Made by a program: the position numbers and the translations under genes. A stretch of DNA of 64,000 bases from Marsupella aquatica. Taxonomy: Eukaryota > Plantae > Marchantiophyta. Where the stretch lies: positions 7,712,234 to 7,776,233 of the forward strand of contig OZ316894.1 in assembly GCA_973895155.1 (NCBI GenBank). Direction: 5' to 3'. The notes under the pieces were generated by a model. The model saw only the letters and a program-made list of their open reading frames with translations. It was not told the origin of the DNA and did not search any database. Below are positions 24,801 through 35,906 of the stretch, one piece after another (positions within the stretch are counted from its first letter, which is position 1; each line of letters begins with the position of its first letter).

Positions 24801-27388
24801 TTGGTCCATGAGATTGACGATGTACAGTGTCTGATTGGGGCTGCAGGTTCCTCCAGATGCAGTGGAATCCATGGTCAGACAGCTGGTGAATCATTTTGTT
24901 CATGACCGTGCTCGACCAGAGGTAAATTTTTGTACTCAAGATTGTCGAGAAGTGCTTATTCAAAAATGGGAATCAAGTTTGGGTACCAAAACAGTTGATC
25001 AGGCTCTGACTGTGGCCATGTTATCGGACAGGTGATTGCCGTGGGACTGAATGTCATGCGGGAGATTTGCATTCGTATCCCTCTGGTTTGTGTCCCATTT
25101 ATTATCGCTCTCTTAACCTTCCTTGTTCACTTTCACTGTCATATACTTCTGACTAAATCTACTGTAAGAATTTGGTAGAAGTTTAAGTTTCAGTCTTTGT
25201 TTTGTGGACAGGTCAACGGCAGTCAATGTGACATTCAGAGTTCAGTGATGTTAGACCACTTGAGTTTTAGCTTGTATGAGGACTGATTAGGTTCGAGCCA
25301 TAGTATCTTTGTGGTTTTACTTATTTGAGACTCTTTGGTTGCAGATCATGACTCCTGAACTATTGACTGATCTTGCCCTCTATAAAAAGAATAGAGAGAA
25401 GGCAGTTGCAGCTGCTGCTCGGTCCATCATAGCCGTTTATCGACAGGTGCCTTTCCTACAGCTTTAATTCCAGTCATGAAGTTGTTTGTCTGCTTTAGTT
25501 TTGTCGTGGAGGGCTTTACCGTCAGGGCTGAGGTTATCATAATTTTCTGTTTGTCTCAGCTCTGGCCATCGCTCCTGGAGAAGAAGGATCGGGGACGCAA
25601 TGCTGACCTCTCTGCCAAGCCTAAGGAATTTGGTGCAACCTCTGTGGCAACTGGAGTTCCTGGCGTAGAATTACTTTTGGAGGAGGACAATGAGAGCGAA
25701 GATTACAACAGTGAATCTGAAGAGGATAAAATTGAAGCATCTCTAGGAGTGAATGCAAGTGACGACGATGCTAGTGAAGATGATGCAAGCGAAGGTGATG
25801 CAAGTGAAAGTGATGCAAGTGACATTGATGAAAGTGAAGATGATGCAAGTGAGAATGAGGCAAGTACCAATGATGGGCTGGTTGAAAGTGACTTTGAGGG
25901 TGGCGAAGAACAACCGTCAGATAATGAGAACATTGAAGAGATCAAGGAGGAAGAAAAGGATAGAGACGTCACAACGCGAATAGAAAATTTAGCCACTGAA
26001 GCTGGGCGTATAGGAGGTATATCCGACGCAGACGATTTGCTGGGAGGAGTCAGTAAGAAGAGGAGAACTTCAGAACCTACTTCTGAACAAAGTCTTCGTA
26101 GTCTAAGAAGACTTTCGGCCTCAAAAGAAGGAGTTGAAAAGCCGACTTCGATACTCCACGAAGAGATTAAGAGTAATGAAGGGGACGGCATCCTTTCGAA
26201 TGAGGATTTTGAGCATATACGATCACTGCAGGTGCCCCCATCTCTTGCCGTGCGCTCATGGACTTGGTCGGCTTTATCCAGATTAGTTGTTTGGGTTTGA
26301 TTCAGGTGGAAAGCGTTTAGAAGCAAGCTGCTCGCTCTCCTATTTCTCAAAGCGTTCATTGTTGCTTGCAAAAATGTCAATAATCCTTCCTGATTTACCC
26401 TGGAGGCCTTTGCTTAGAAGTTTATTTGTGTTTGGAGTTTAGGGGTTCGAACACTTAATGGCGTATTCTGTTACTTTTATCAGCAATTTTGTGGCTTTCG
26501 GTCTCCTTCTCAGTCATTTCGATTTCAAAGGTAATAATTTGTCCCTTGGAATTTTTCTTCTTCTTAAAACAGCAAAAGCGGGCAGCGAAGGCCGCACTTG
26601 CTGCAAGTGGACTTACAAAGGCTGGGAAGAGGAGAAGGGAGGTTGCGATTAAGCTTTCGGATCCTGAAAGTCTGAGTGGGCGACGACTTGACCCATCCGT
26701 GTTGGAGGTGAGGTTCAAGCTGTCTCAGTTTGGCGAACATCAGTATTTCGAAATAAATATTTGTGTTCTTAGTCCAGCTTATCTAGTAACGTTGTCCAAC
26801 ACGTCTCACATTTCTTCGTTGTGGCCATTCAGGCAAATGTACGGAAGCATCGGGAGAAAGAGGAGAGGGTAGCCATGGCCAAGGCTGGTCGTGAGGATCG
26901 TTTAGCTTATGGATCTCGGACTGCCACCAAGCAGAAAAAGGTATTTTGTTCCTTCCACATCTATCCAATTTGCTTTGGAACAATGGAGTTAAGTACTTTT
27001 TGTCGGACATGAAATCTGAGGGCACAGATTCCCCAGCCCTAGAAAGTGCGCAATCAGGGAGGCCGTTATGAAAAAACCTACTTTACTTTCTGTAACGATA
27101 TAGTTGAGCCCTGGAGTACAGTTGACAAGGTAAGGAGTAGTCTAATGTTTGCTACTTGCTGGAGTAAACCACTGAGTGGTAACTAGATGCTTGGCTGCTA
27201 TGTGTTGTGATCTGGTTTTTGGATTTCCAATATTGCAGACTGGGGGTTCAAGCAATCGGGAGAAGGAAAAGCGTAAGGCGATGCCTCTGGGTGCGGTTCG
27301 GTCAAAGGTGGCCAGAAATAAACAGTGGAAGAAGAACAAGGGCAGTGGTAAAAATCAGTTCAGGGGCAAGAAGGCATGGAAGGGCTAG
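21817..27388 (+). CDS. SDA1: Protein SDA1 homolog (60S ribosome biogenesis), 15 coding exons, about 829 aa
   Basis: Exons 21817-22209, 22404-22580, 22770-22894, 23057-23195, 23414-23563, 23886-23939, 24160-24255, 24408-24467, 24847-24921, 25032-25085, 25345-25446, 25560-26231, 26573-26707, 26833-26940, 27239-27388. All junctions are GT-AG and the exons sum to 2490 nt in frame. Motifs [65 protein letters not shown] and [12 protein letters not shown] are characteristic of SDA1. Confidence 0.95.
24534..24600 (+). repeat. (TTTTG)n microsatellite in SDA1 intron 8
   Basis: About 13 perfect pentamer units. Confidence 0.97.
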
Positions 27389-27489
27389 TACAGCCCTCCA
27401 CCTTACCTCATATGGTCTTGACAGTGATTAATCACGTTAGTACAGCCCTCCATATTACCTCATATGGTCTTGACAGTAATTAATTACGT
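27386..27489 (+). repeat. 52-bp tandem duplication starting at the SDA1 stop codon
   Basis: TAGTACAGCCCTCCA..TTACCTCATATGGTCTTGACAGT.ATTAAT.ACGT at 27386 and 27438. Confidence 0.92.
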
Positions 27490-28969
27490 TAAGCACGGTC
27501 ACCATTTCCTTGTTGTTTGCCTGGTCAAACTCATTTCGAGGAGCCTGAGCCCGCACGTAGAAAAGTGAAAGCCGGAATGTGTGGAGATGAAAATAATCTG
27601 TAAAGCACAGTAGTTCGTTCTTATCCAATATGGGTGTCCTGGCACTCCTACCATGATGTCTGGGTTACCTGTATTATTGGACAGTTTTGCCGAGTGGACA
27701 TTCGTTTCCGAGAACAACCTGCATTGGGTATGTTTGGAATAGTTTCGAAAGCACCATTTAAAACATGAGTGTGGGTCGCTGGTGGCGACAGTTGTACGAT
27801 AGTCGACGGTATTAGCGTAGAGTGAGGGAGGGTCTCCATGGTTTACCACCACAGGTGCGACATTTGCATTTCCAGAGATGGCAGATGTATTCTATATAAA
27901 CCCCGAAACAAGTTTAGAAGTTGGAGCTACCACGAGGTGAGGACTCGATGGATCATTGTTGAATCAAAAGAAGCCTAAAATTTCAGCCTTGATTGTAATC
28001 GTCTTTATATCAATGAAGTGTCCAGGCCTGACAATCTCCTTGAAAGTGTAATCAAACTGAAATGAGGTCTACTTTTATCATTTGCATCATGCTTTTCGAG
28101 TGCGAACCCGTGTTGAGCTGCGAGTGGTCAGGGTGGATCGACCCGGATCTGTTTTCGGTGTTTGGCGTCGGAGATACTGCAGGGTAGCAGATGGGGAGTT
28201 GTCCACAAGTGACTCGATACTTTTACTTGCCCGTCAGTTCCACTGAAGGACAGCAACAATCTGCATTCGTCTCAGTGGTTAGTTCTCCTACCGGCAATTG
28301 CTATCTTTTCCTATCTGTCATTCAGGTAAGGTTTCAGTTATCATTTGGACTGACCTGAGAGTGAGTCATGTTTTTGGTTGCTCTTTTCAAAACAGCTCTT
28401 GTACACATTCTGTTCTACCTGCAGTTTGGTTTTTACAGTCAGTAGCGATGTACCTGTATGATCTGCCACGGTAGGAGGAAAACTAATCCCCGCTCATAGG
28501 CACTAATGAAACGGGGGTCTGTTCTTGGGAAACCCTCAACCGAGGGTTGGTCAGGGCTCCTGAAAGACGCAGGAAAGTATGTTCGTTCACCATCCAACAG
28601 AAGTTGGTTTCGTTGGTTTCATTTCTGAAGGATCTTACAATTTGGTCAGCCGCGTCTCCGCGGACGTGCGAGAGAGAAGTAGTTGGGTACTGTACAACAC
28701 TGAATTCGTTCTGATTATCTACTGAGTCAGAGCTATGCAAAATCAAGCTTAGTTGGCTTGCTTTCCTAATTACTCAACTAGGCTCCACTTGCTTCTACCC
28801 GACTAAATTATGCCTTACCCTGTACAGCTTTCTGAAAGATTACCCAGCTTAGCTCTCAGTTGGATAAGGGACAAATTACCAAGTGGCAAATCTGCCAGGG
28901 AAATTCAATATGCGTATGTACAGGATACTCACAACGACAGATGTCTAACATGATATTAAGTGACTCAGA

Positions 28970-29698
28970 TCAGAGCTTGGAGAGTACTGGATGCTGCGGG
29001 AACCGATGAGGTCCGGTACTGCCAGCTACCAGTTCCACTAGAATGTTCGGAAGCATGTCGAGGCGCATGGTTCGATAAAATTCCCTATTGTAGCCCCGCT
29101 TGCTCAACTGAGTAGCCCAAGCGATCGCGGCCTTCAAAGTCTCGGCAGAGTTCTGGTGAACAGAGTCCACAATACCGGAATTGTAAGCTTCGCTGGCCGT
29201 GTACTTCTTGGCCAAAAGAACCGAATCTTTGAACGCTTTGGGGCCCAATTTCGCCCTGATCAAGCTCATACTCCCGACTGGAATGCGCACCTGCACATCT
29301 ATCTCACTCATGTACAAGAAGCCTCGATCAGCTCTCATGTAACGGTAATCATGCGCCAGCGCCGTGATGAATCCTGCTGCAGATGCGTGTCCGCAAATGG
29401 CTGCTATGGTGGGGACGTTCATGTTCACCAAGGTTGCCAACAAGATGCCCAAATTGTATTTCGACTGGACGCTTTTGCCATAGTTTTGGGCTTTCACCCA
29501 GTTCATATCCAATCCGTTGCTGTAGAATCTGCCTTCGTTGGTAGTGACTAAAGCCAACGCATCCTCTGCATTTCGTACAGTTTGCAGGGCCTGGATGATG
29601 GCCTCAAACATGGCTTCGTTCAACCTATGCTCTCCTTCCCCGAGCATCGTGAGAATGTACACGCCTCCCACATTTTCCAACTTCACCAGGTCAGCCAT
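28970..29698 (-). CDS. ECI: Peroxisomal delta3,delta2-enoyl-CoA isomerase (crotonase superfamily), intronless, 242 aa
   Basis: GEHRLN, EGRFYSNGLD, PTIAAICGHASAAG, LAHDYRYMRADRGFLYMSE match plant ECI proteins. The C-terminus is the PTS1 signal SKL. Confidence 0.92.
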   Translation of the reverse strand: MADLVKLENVGGVYILTMLGEGEHRLNEAMFEAIIQALQTVRNAEDALALVTTNEGRFYSNGLDMNWVKAQNYGKSVQSKYNLGILLATLVNMNVPTIAAICGHASAAGFITALAHDYRYMRADRGFLYMSEIDVQVRIPVGSMSLIRAKLGPKAFKDSVLLAKKYTASEAYNSGIVDSVHQNSAETLKAAIAWATQLSKRGYNREFYRTMRLDMLPNILVELVAGSTGPHRFPQHPVLSKL

Positions 29699-30878
29699 TG
29701 TCTACTTCTATATTTTGAATCTCTTTGAAACGTGTTTGTTCAATGGCTCGGACTCGTCCTTCGGGGAGAGGTGTCACGTACTTAGTACACCTTCCTCTTC
29801 GTTGAGTTCTGGATCTGTGTACGTTATACCACGACGAATGTGCGTCACCAGTAAATTCCCTTGTGAAGCGGGTCCAGTTGTGTCTCTTTATCTTGGATGC
29901 CTCATCAGTGCTGATCAGCACCCAACTGAGCCGATTCAGGATTAACTGGATTGCGTCGTGAATTTTTCATACTCATAGCTGGAAGACCTGTCGTCCGGAT
30001 TACGAGCTGTGCGTTGTTTGACGATGCAAACTGCACCATCCCAGCAGAAGAATGAAGACTGGCTAGGATCGTTTAAGATCTCCTTAAACTGCTGTACAAT
30101 CAGAGAATTCGTCGTTGGAGCAGATGCACCACTTTTTCAGTCATTATCTACCTCAGTTGCGGAGTTGTGCCTAAGCACTCCACAGGTACATTACTATTCT
30201 TCTATTTCAGTAAGACGAAGCAAGGGCAATTTCTAACCTCCACTGTCCGCCCTGCATCACGTCATCGCACAGATCCGATCCGCCCAGCCAGCCCCCGTCA
30301 TACACAATCAGAGTACTCCCTTCCTTCCCTTCGTCCTTCGTCTCGCTCCCACTAACCAGCCAACAGATCCAATCCCCGCCTGTATCGAAAATCCCGCTCA
30401 CCACACCACACCCCCGGTTCGTGGCATGCTTCGGCAAAGCTCAACAACAAGACCAGCATTATTCCTTTCCTACCTCTGTGCGTATTCAATCAATCAGTCA
30501 TCAGCATCCCCATCCCGCCAGTTCGCAGTCAGATGATACTTCGCCGAGGCAGGAAAGCAGCAGGTAGATCAGTCAGTCATCAGCATTCCTATCCCGCCAG
30601 TTCGCAGTCAGTGAGTCGAACAGGGGAATGAACTGGCACACTGCGGAAGAGGAGTTCCACCTTTCCAAGTACACCAAGGAAAAAGCACTCCACAAAGCGC
30701 GAAAGGGAGAGAGAGAGAGAGCAAATGGAGAGCTCGAGACCGTCCACCATGCCCAACTCACAGCGGATTCCTTTTCTGCACAAGAGCAGCACGAAACGAC
30801 GAAGCACAACCGCAAGTGTCGGTAAAAGGAGGTCGACGTGCATGTTGGTTGGGGGCTACTATTCGATCGAATGAGCGC

Positions 30879-31400
30879 AGATTGCTCCATCTCACGAGAT
30901 TGATGGCCCAGATCGACAGATTCGGAGAATTGATGGCCCACGTCGGAGTAGTGGTCCGATACGAAAGGCACTCGTTGGGATCCCTTCTTTCTCAGGCAGA
31001 AGCGTGTGGCAGGTGAAGATTTTCAGGTCAGGGAGACCGAGTCGGAATGAGCCGGAATGAGCCGGAGTCAGATAGGTGCGATTGGTCATCTCAATAAATC
31101 GATGGTCCAGATCGAAGATTCGTAGAATCTACTCCTCACCGTCGGAGTTTTGGTTCAATACGAAAGCACTCGTTCGGACCTACTTTCTCAGGCAGAACTG
31201 TGTGGCAGCTCAGGTCAACAAGACAATGGCTGAATTGGCGCAGATAGGTCCGATTGGTCCATCTCAAGAGCTTGATGGCCCAGATCTAAAGATTCCGAGA
31301 ATCTACTCCTCACACGAAACGAAAGTACTCGTTCAATTCCTACTTTCTCAGGCACATCTGTTTGGCAGCTCAGGTCAACAAGACGGTGCCTGAATAGGCG
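30879..31400 (+). repeat. Three diverged tandem copies of a 170-190-bp unit upstream of ECI
   Basis: CATCTCA..GATGGYCCAGATC..GATTC..AGAAT..ACGAAAG.ACTCGTT..CTTTCTCAGGCA..TGGCAG recurs at about 30885, 31070 and 31241. A separate 38-bp duplication lies at about 30495 and 30574. Confidence 0.8.
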
Positions 31401-32872
31401 GAGGAACTTTATTACTCAATGAAGTAAGCACTTCCAGTCATTCACTTCTAGGAGTAACCTGTTCAGCCTTTAATAGTGTTTTGTAGCTCCTTTGGACTCT
31501 AGTGATTATTGACGGGTAACTTCTACGGCCGCCCCACTCTCGCCCTCTACCAGTAGCCCCACAGACTCCAGGATGTTCAATTCCAATTTTTTTAGGTATT
31601 TAGTTTTAGTCTGTGGGTATTGAACCTGCAACTACTGCTACCGGCAGACACCGACTAAAGGAGCAAGCGCAATTCGACAGTATTTAATGTGAGTCCCGTG
31701 ATTTATAGAAGGAAATTTTCGGTCTTCCAGCTGAAAAGAAAGAAATCATACTCCGTCCAGGTGACACCTTGTACACTTTGACTCGTTCAAATGACTCGTT
31801 CAAACTTTTCTCATTTAGAAGAAGTTTTTTAAGAACAATTGAAGCTTGACCTTCAATATGTGTGAGAAAAAAATTTGATGGCCCCTCTAGAGAAAAGCAT
31901 GTGTCTCATTAATTGCAAATTAGAATTTGACAACATAGGGTGTACCATGTCATTCCATACCATGATAAATATCCAAATAGTTTCCTTAATTAAATCATTG
32001 AGTGGAATTTAAATATGCTTTGAACGTCCATTTTTTATTCGCAATTATAGAGACTCAAAAAGAAACCCTGATGAGAAGCACCTCTAGATCAGGCATGGAT
32101 ATAACACTTTTGAATTATTAAAAATTGTAATAAGCATTCCTCGTTTTTATAAGGGGGTTGTCTTCCTTGGAATTATAAGGTGGTTGTCTTACTTCTTACA
32201 AAATCAAACGAGGAGAAGCAGGAAATTGGAGGAGGCATAAAGAAACGGAAAAGAGGGAGGGGATTGAGGTGGGGAAAAAGGAGTGGTGAGGATGGATTTG
32301 TCCTCCTCAGTCCTCACCCCTTCCCCTCGATCTATCCCAACCAAGTCCTCGCAAACAATTGCTTAAAGTCCAAAACATGGTCTACCTAGTCAATCCCCTG
32401 ACAGTTCCTACTTGTGACATTTTCCTAGGATTACAATTGGATGTTGAATTCATCTATTACATGAACTCATTATTGATTAAACTATCAAGTGAGCCATTCT
32501 AACACTATCTTTTGAAAGCCCAAAGAGAGGCTCTTGTTGGCCTTGGGCTGACGGACTGCCCCTTGATATTTGCCCCCAATGCTTGCCCGAGACCTCTTCC
32601 CATCTTTTGCTCTTTCTTGGGCACGCACCTCCTACCCCCAAAATTGAAGACCTAAGCACCCCGGCCTGTCTTTTGCTCTTTCCTTGGGCACACAAATCAT
32701 GCCTTAAAAACTCAAAACCAAAATCTTTTTCACAAGTATATCTTTTTACGCACAACAATTTTTTGCAATAACATCAACAATATCTTTTTGCAATAACCTT
32801 TTTTTGCAACAACATCAACAATATATTTTCCACTATGACATATTTTATGCATACTATGAGTATTGACATCTT

Positions 32873-33152
32873 TGTAAAGAACTGTCGGTTCAGACTAGAC
32901 AATAAATGCGAAACTTGAGAGCACTCAATCTCAAACTAAACTAATGAGACACCACAATGGAGAAACTCATATATAGATCATGAGAAAGTACATGTGAAGA
33001 ATGAACATTCTCTCTCTCCAACCTATATTCCCTTGGGGGGCCGAGATGTGTGGGCCTAATCTAAGCATATCTTATCTTAATATAATCAAGGTGTAGCTAA
33101 CCCTAGTAAAGGCAAACTAATTAAAGTTTGGGACTCAAGTCAATTCATAACA
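32873..33152. mobile_element. Probable solo LTR of an unrelated family (about 280 bp)
   Basis: TG...CA ends (TGTAAAGA...CATAACA), flanked by ATCTT / ATCTC (4/5 match). It interrupts a run of ACATCTTTT-type repeats at about 32740-33200. Confidence 0.5.
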
Positions 33153-35361
33153 ATCTCTTATGCAATATCTTCTTTGCAAAGTACATCTTTTACACAATGA
33201 AAATACAAGTGAGGTATGTTTTACTCCTTTGCCTTAGCAAGTCATCCTTTGGCTTTCATATATATCTACTATAGTAAATTTTCTACCCTCCCAGGGCTCG
33301 TGAAATATTGAATTACCAAACTCAAAAATGGTTGTTGGCTGAACTTCAGTTTAGTGTTGTAATGCATAACCCCCCCCCCCCCCCCCTCTCCCAAAGAAAG
33401 ATCTGATCAGACCTTGTGGAGAGGGACATAGCCCCTAAGTGAACTTGAGATGGAAGAGCCTCCAAATGCACTGACACGGATTAAGAAGCTTTCTCAGTCT
33501 ACAAGCTTCTGTTGCTAGTCTTAACGAGAGGGACCATCAAGGGAGAGGAATAGAGCTCACAAGTTTGTGGTCCTTTGAACTTACTAATTAGTTGTGGACC
33601 CCCACCTGTTTTGATTGAGAAGGTCGAGAAAATTGTCACGATTACTTTGTCATCAGATCAACTTGCCGAGAAAGATCTAGTTATTATTCAATTGAAACAC
33701 AATTCAGAATGCGGGTGGGCAGCGGTTACTCAGGGTAAAAAAACAGAAGGTGGGCCCTCCTAATAATTGAACAGTTTGTTACCTAGGGTAAATAAAACGA
33801 TTTTTTTTCAAACATTTTTACATCAAAGTTTAGGGCATGGTGTACTCAATTTTACATGAAAATCATGCCACAGACATGAATGTTGAAGCAATTTTATTTT
33901 GTAAACAAATTCGTACCTGTTTGCAACACGTACGATGACGTCTATTGTAGTCCGTACAATAGTCAAGTTGTTGAATCTCGAATTTTGGAAGGGACCTCTA
34001 GTGGGACCTCTAGTGGGGTCCGTAAATAAAACTGGTGGCTCTGCTATCCGATGTAAGCTGAGGAAGGGAATAGGAGGACCATCTAATTGGCTTTTCCACT
34101 GAATTCAGGCTTCCTACATCCTGTCACCGGCATGTCCTTACTGGCGAAAAACAATACTAACGCATCGTTTCTCTGATAGTAGATTTTGCTGTCGTTCAGA
34201 AGAGACACTTCTCGTGCACGATTGGATCAGTACCATGAGCCAAGTAAAAGTCGTCAGGTTGTTGCACTCTCTTCCATGAGAGAGAAATGTTACTATGAAT
34301 TACCTGAAATTTCAGAGGTGGAACGAGGAATCCGATGGTAGTGCAATGCACTTCATTGAAAATGATATGTCCTGGGAGGAGGTAAGGAGTGGGACTACTA
34401 CGACGACGGTGACAATGATAAGGAAGTATAAGTTATGCATCTGGCCGGGCAGAGGCAGTGGAAACAGGGTGAAAGTATGGGACTGAAAAAACCGCGCTCA
34501 CCGCAGTTTCAGGAGGTCCACTTTGGGGCTACATGATTCCTATGAGGACAAATTGGAGAGTGAATTATATCCATGATTTCTACGAGGGCAAATTGGAGAC
34601 CACATTTTACCTACAAGCGCGAAACTGACATCAAAGCGACTAGAAATGAGCAGAGGGAAGGTATCAAATCTTCAGAATGATGCTCTGTTCATGTGAAGAT
34701 TGACCTAATCATCAACCAGTTCATTGGATATAAAGCTACGGCTCTGTGAAGCATTTATTTTCAGTTCGGTGCATCTAAGAATGAAATGTCGATTCTGCGA
34801 AGCATCCAATTCCCCAGTTTTGTGAAGCATCTAAATTGCAGTCCTGCAAAGCATCAAATTGAATTTCAGTTCTATAGCGATTTGGTCGTCCTCGACACTT
34901 TTCAATTGCATTAACAATCACCCCGCTGAAGCTCATCGTTCCACGCAGTTCTCAGAATACCCCCTATGGATCGAGATTCAGAGAACCTATCTGCAATGAA
35001 ACGAATGCACATGAATCAATCTCTCTCCGGGGACCATAGAAACGACACCCGATAGTGGCAGAAATTGTGTTGAGGCAAAGAATGTGTCTTGATTCAGAAC
35101 ACTCTTGCTGAGTATTGATTCTTCATAACGAGACTAGCGAAGTTTTCAGAGAGATCTGCAGCTGTAGTGATACAGATGGAAACCCATGAAGAAAGCGTGC
35201 TGCCGACAACGATCTGAAAAATTTGAGTGCTAGAACCGGAGTCTCCGTACCCCTCATGAAAAACATAGAGGAGAGAGTACGTAAAAAATTGTAAGAGATG
35301 GACAACAGACCAATGAATGGCACACCACGAAATTTCTCACCAAGATTTCAATTGTTTCTTC

Positions 35362-35860
35362 AAAAATGTTCATGGAATAAGTGATTGGGAGAGTGGGCTT
35401 GGAATCATGCATTAATTGAGCATTTAGAGGCCTCAAACCAATACTCACCGGTGAACCACTAGTATGGATTCCTCTGATCATTCGACAGAGAAATCTTCCA
35501 TAGAAATGGCAGAGTATTTCATGAATTTTCACTCTGCAATTTTATTTGTACTGAGTATTTGTTCATGGAATCAAGTTCGCAGGGGTGGGCTTTGAATCAT
35601 GCCTTAACCGAGGAAGGTGGAAGAGGGCCTGGAATGAATGCACATTGGTAAACCAGAACTGTGGATTCCTCTCAGATTCGACAGAGATCAATCAGAAAAT
35701 GGCAGATCATTCCATCAATTTTCTCTCTAAATTTGTAAGTCTGCATGAGAATTTGTTCATGGAATCAAGTTGGCATTGGTGGGCTCTGCCCCATGTTTTA
35801 ACCGAGGAAGGAGGAGGAGGGCTCCAATGACAGCTCACCGGTGAACCAGGAGTTTGGAAC
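35362..35860 (+). repeat. About 2.5 diverged tandem copies of a ~195-bp unit immediately 5' of CCDC146
   Basis: TGTTCATGGAAT(C)AAGT...GTGGGCT at about 35366, 35560 and 35754. CTCACCGGTGAACCA and TGGATTCCTCT..ATTCGACAGAGA..AAATGGCAGA blocks also recur. Confidence 0.75.
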
Positions 35861-35906
35861 CGTCTGCAGATTGAGTAGTCACAAGCTTGTCCTTGGTCAT
35901 AGTCGA

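Noticed and set aside
25703-26380. 225-aa Ser-rich minus-strand ORF
   Set aside because: Antisense shadow of the acidic SDA1 exon 12.
35841-35906. GTG start for CCDC146 given by the ORF track
   Set aside because: This is a eukaryotic gene. The GTG lies within the upstream repeat unit, and ATG 35907 is the first plausible start.
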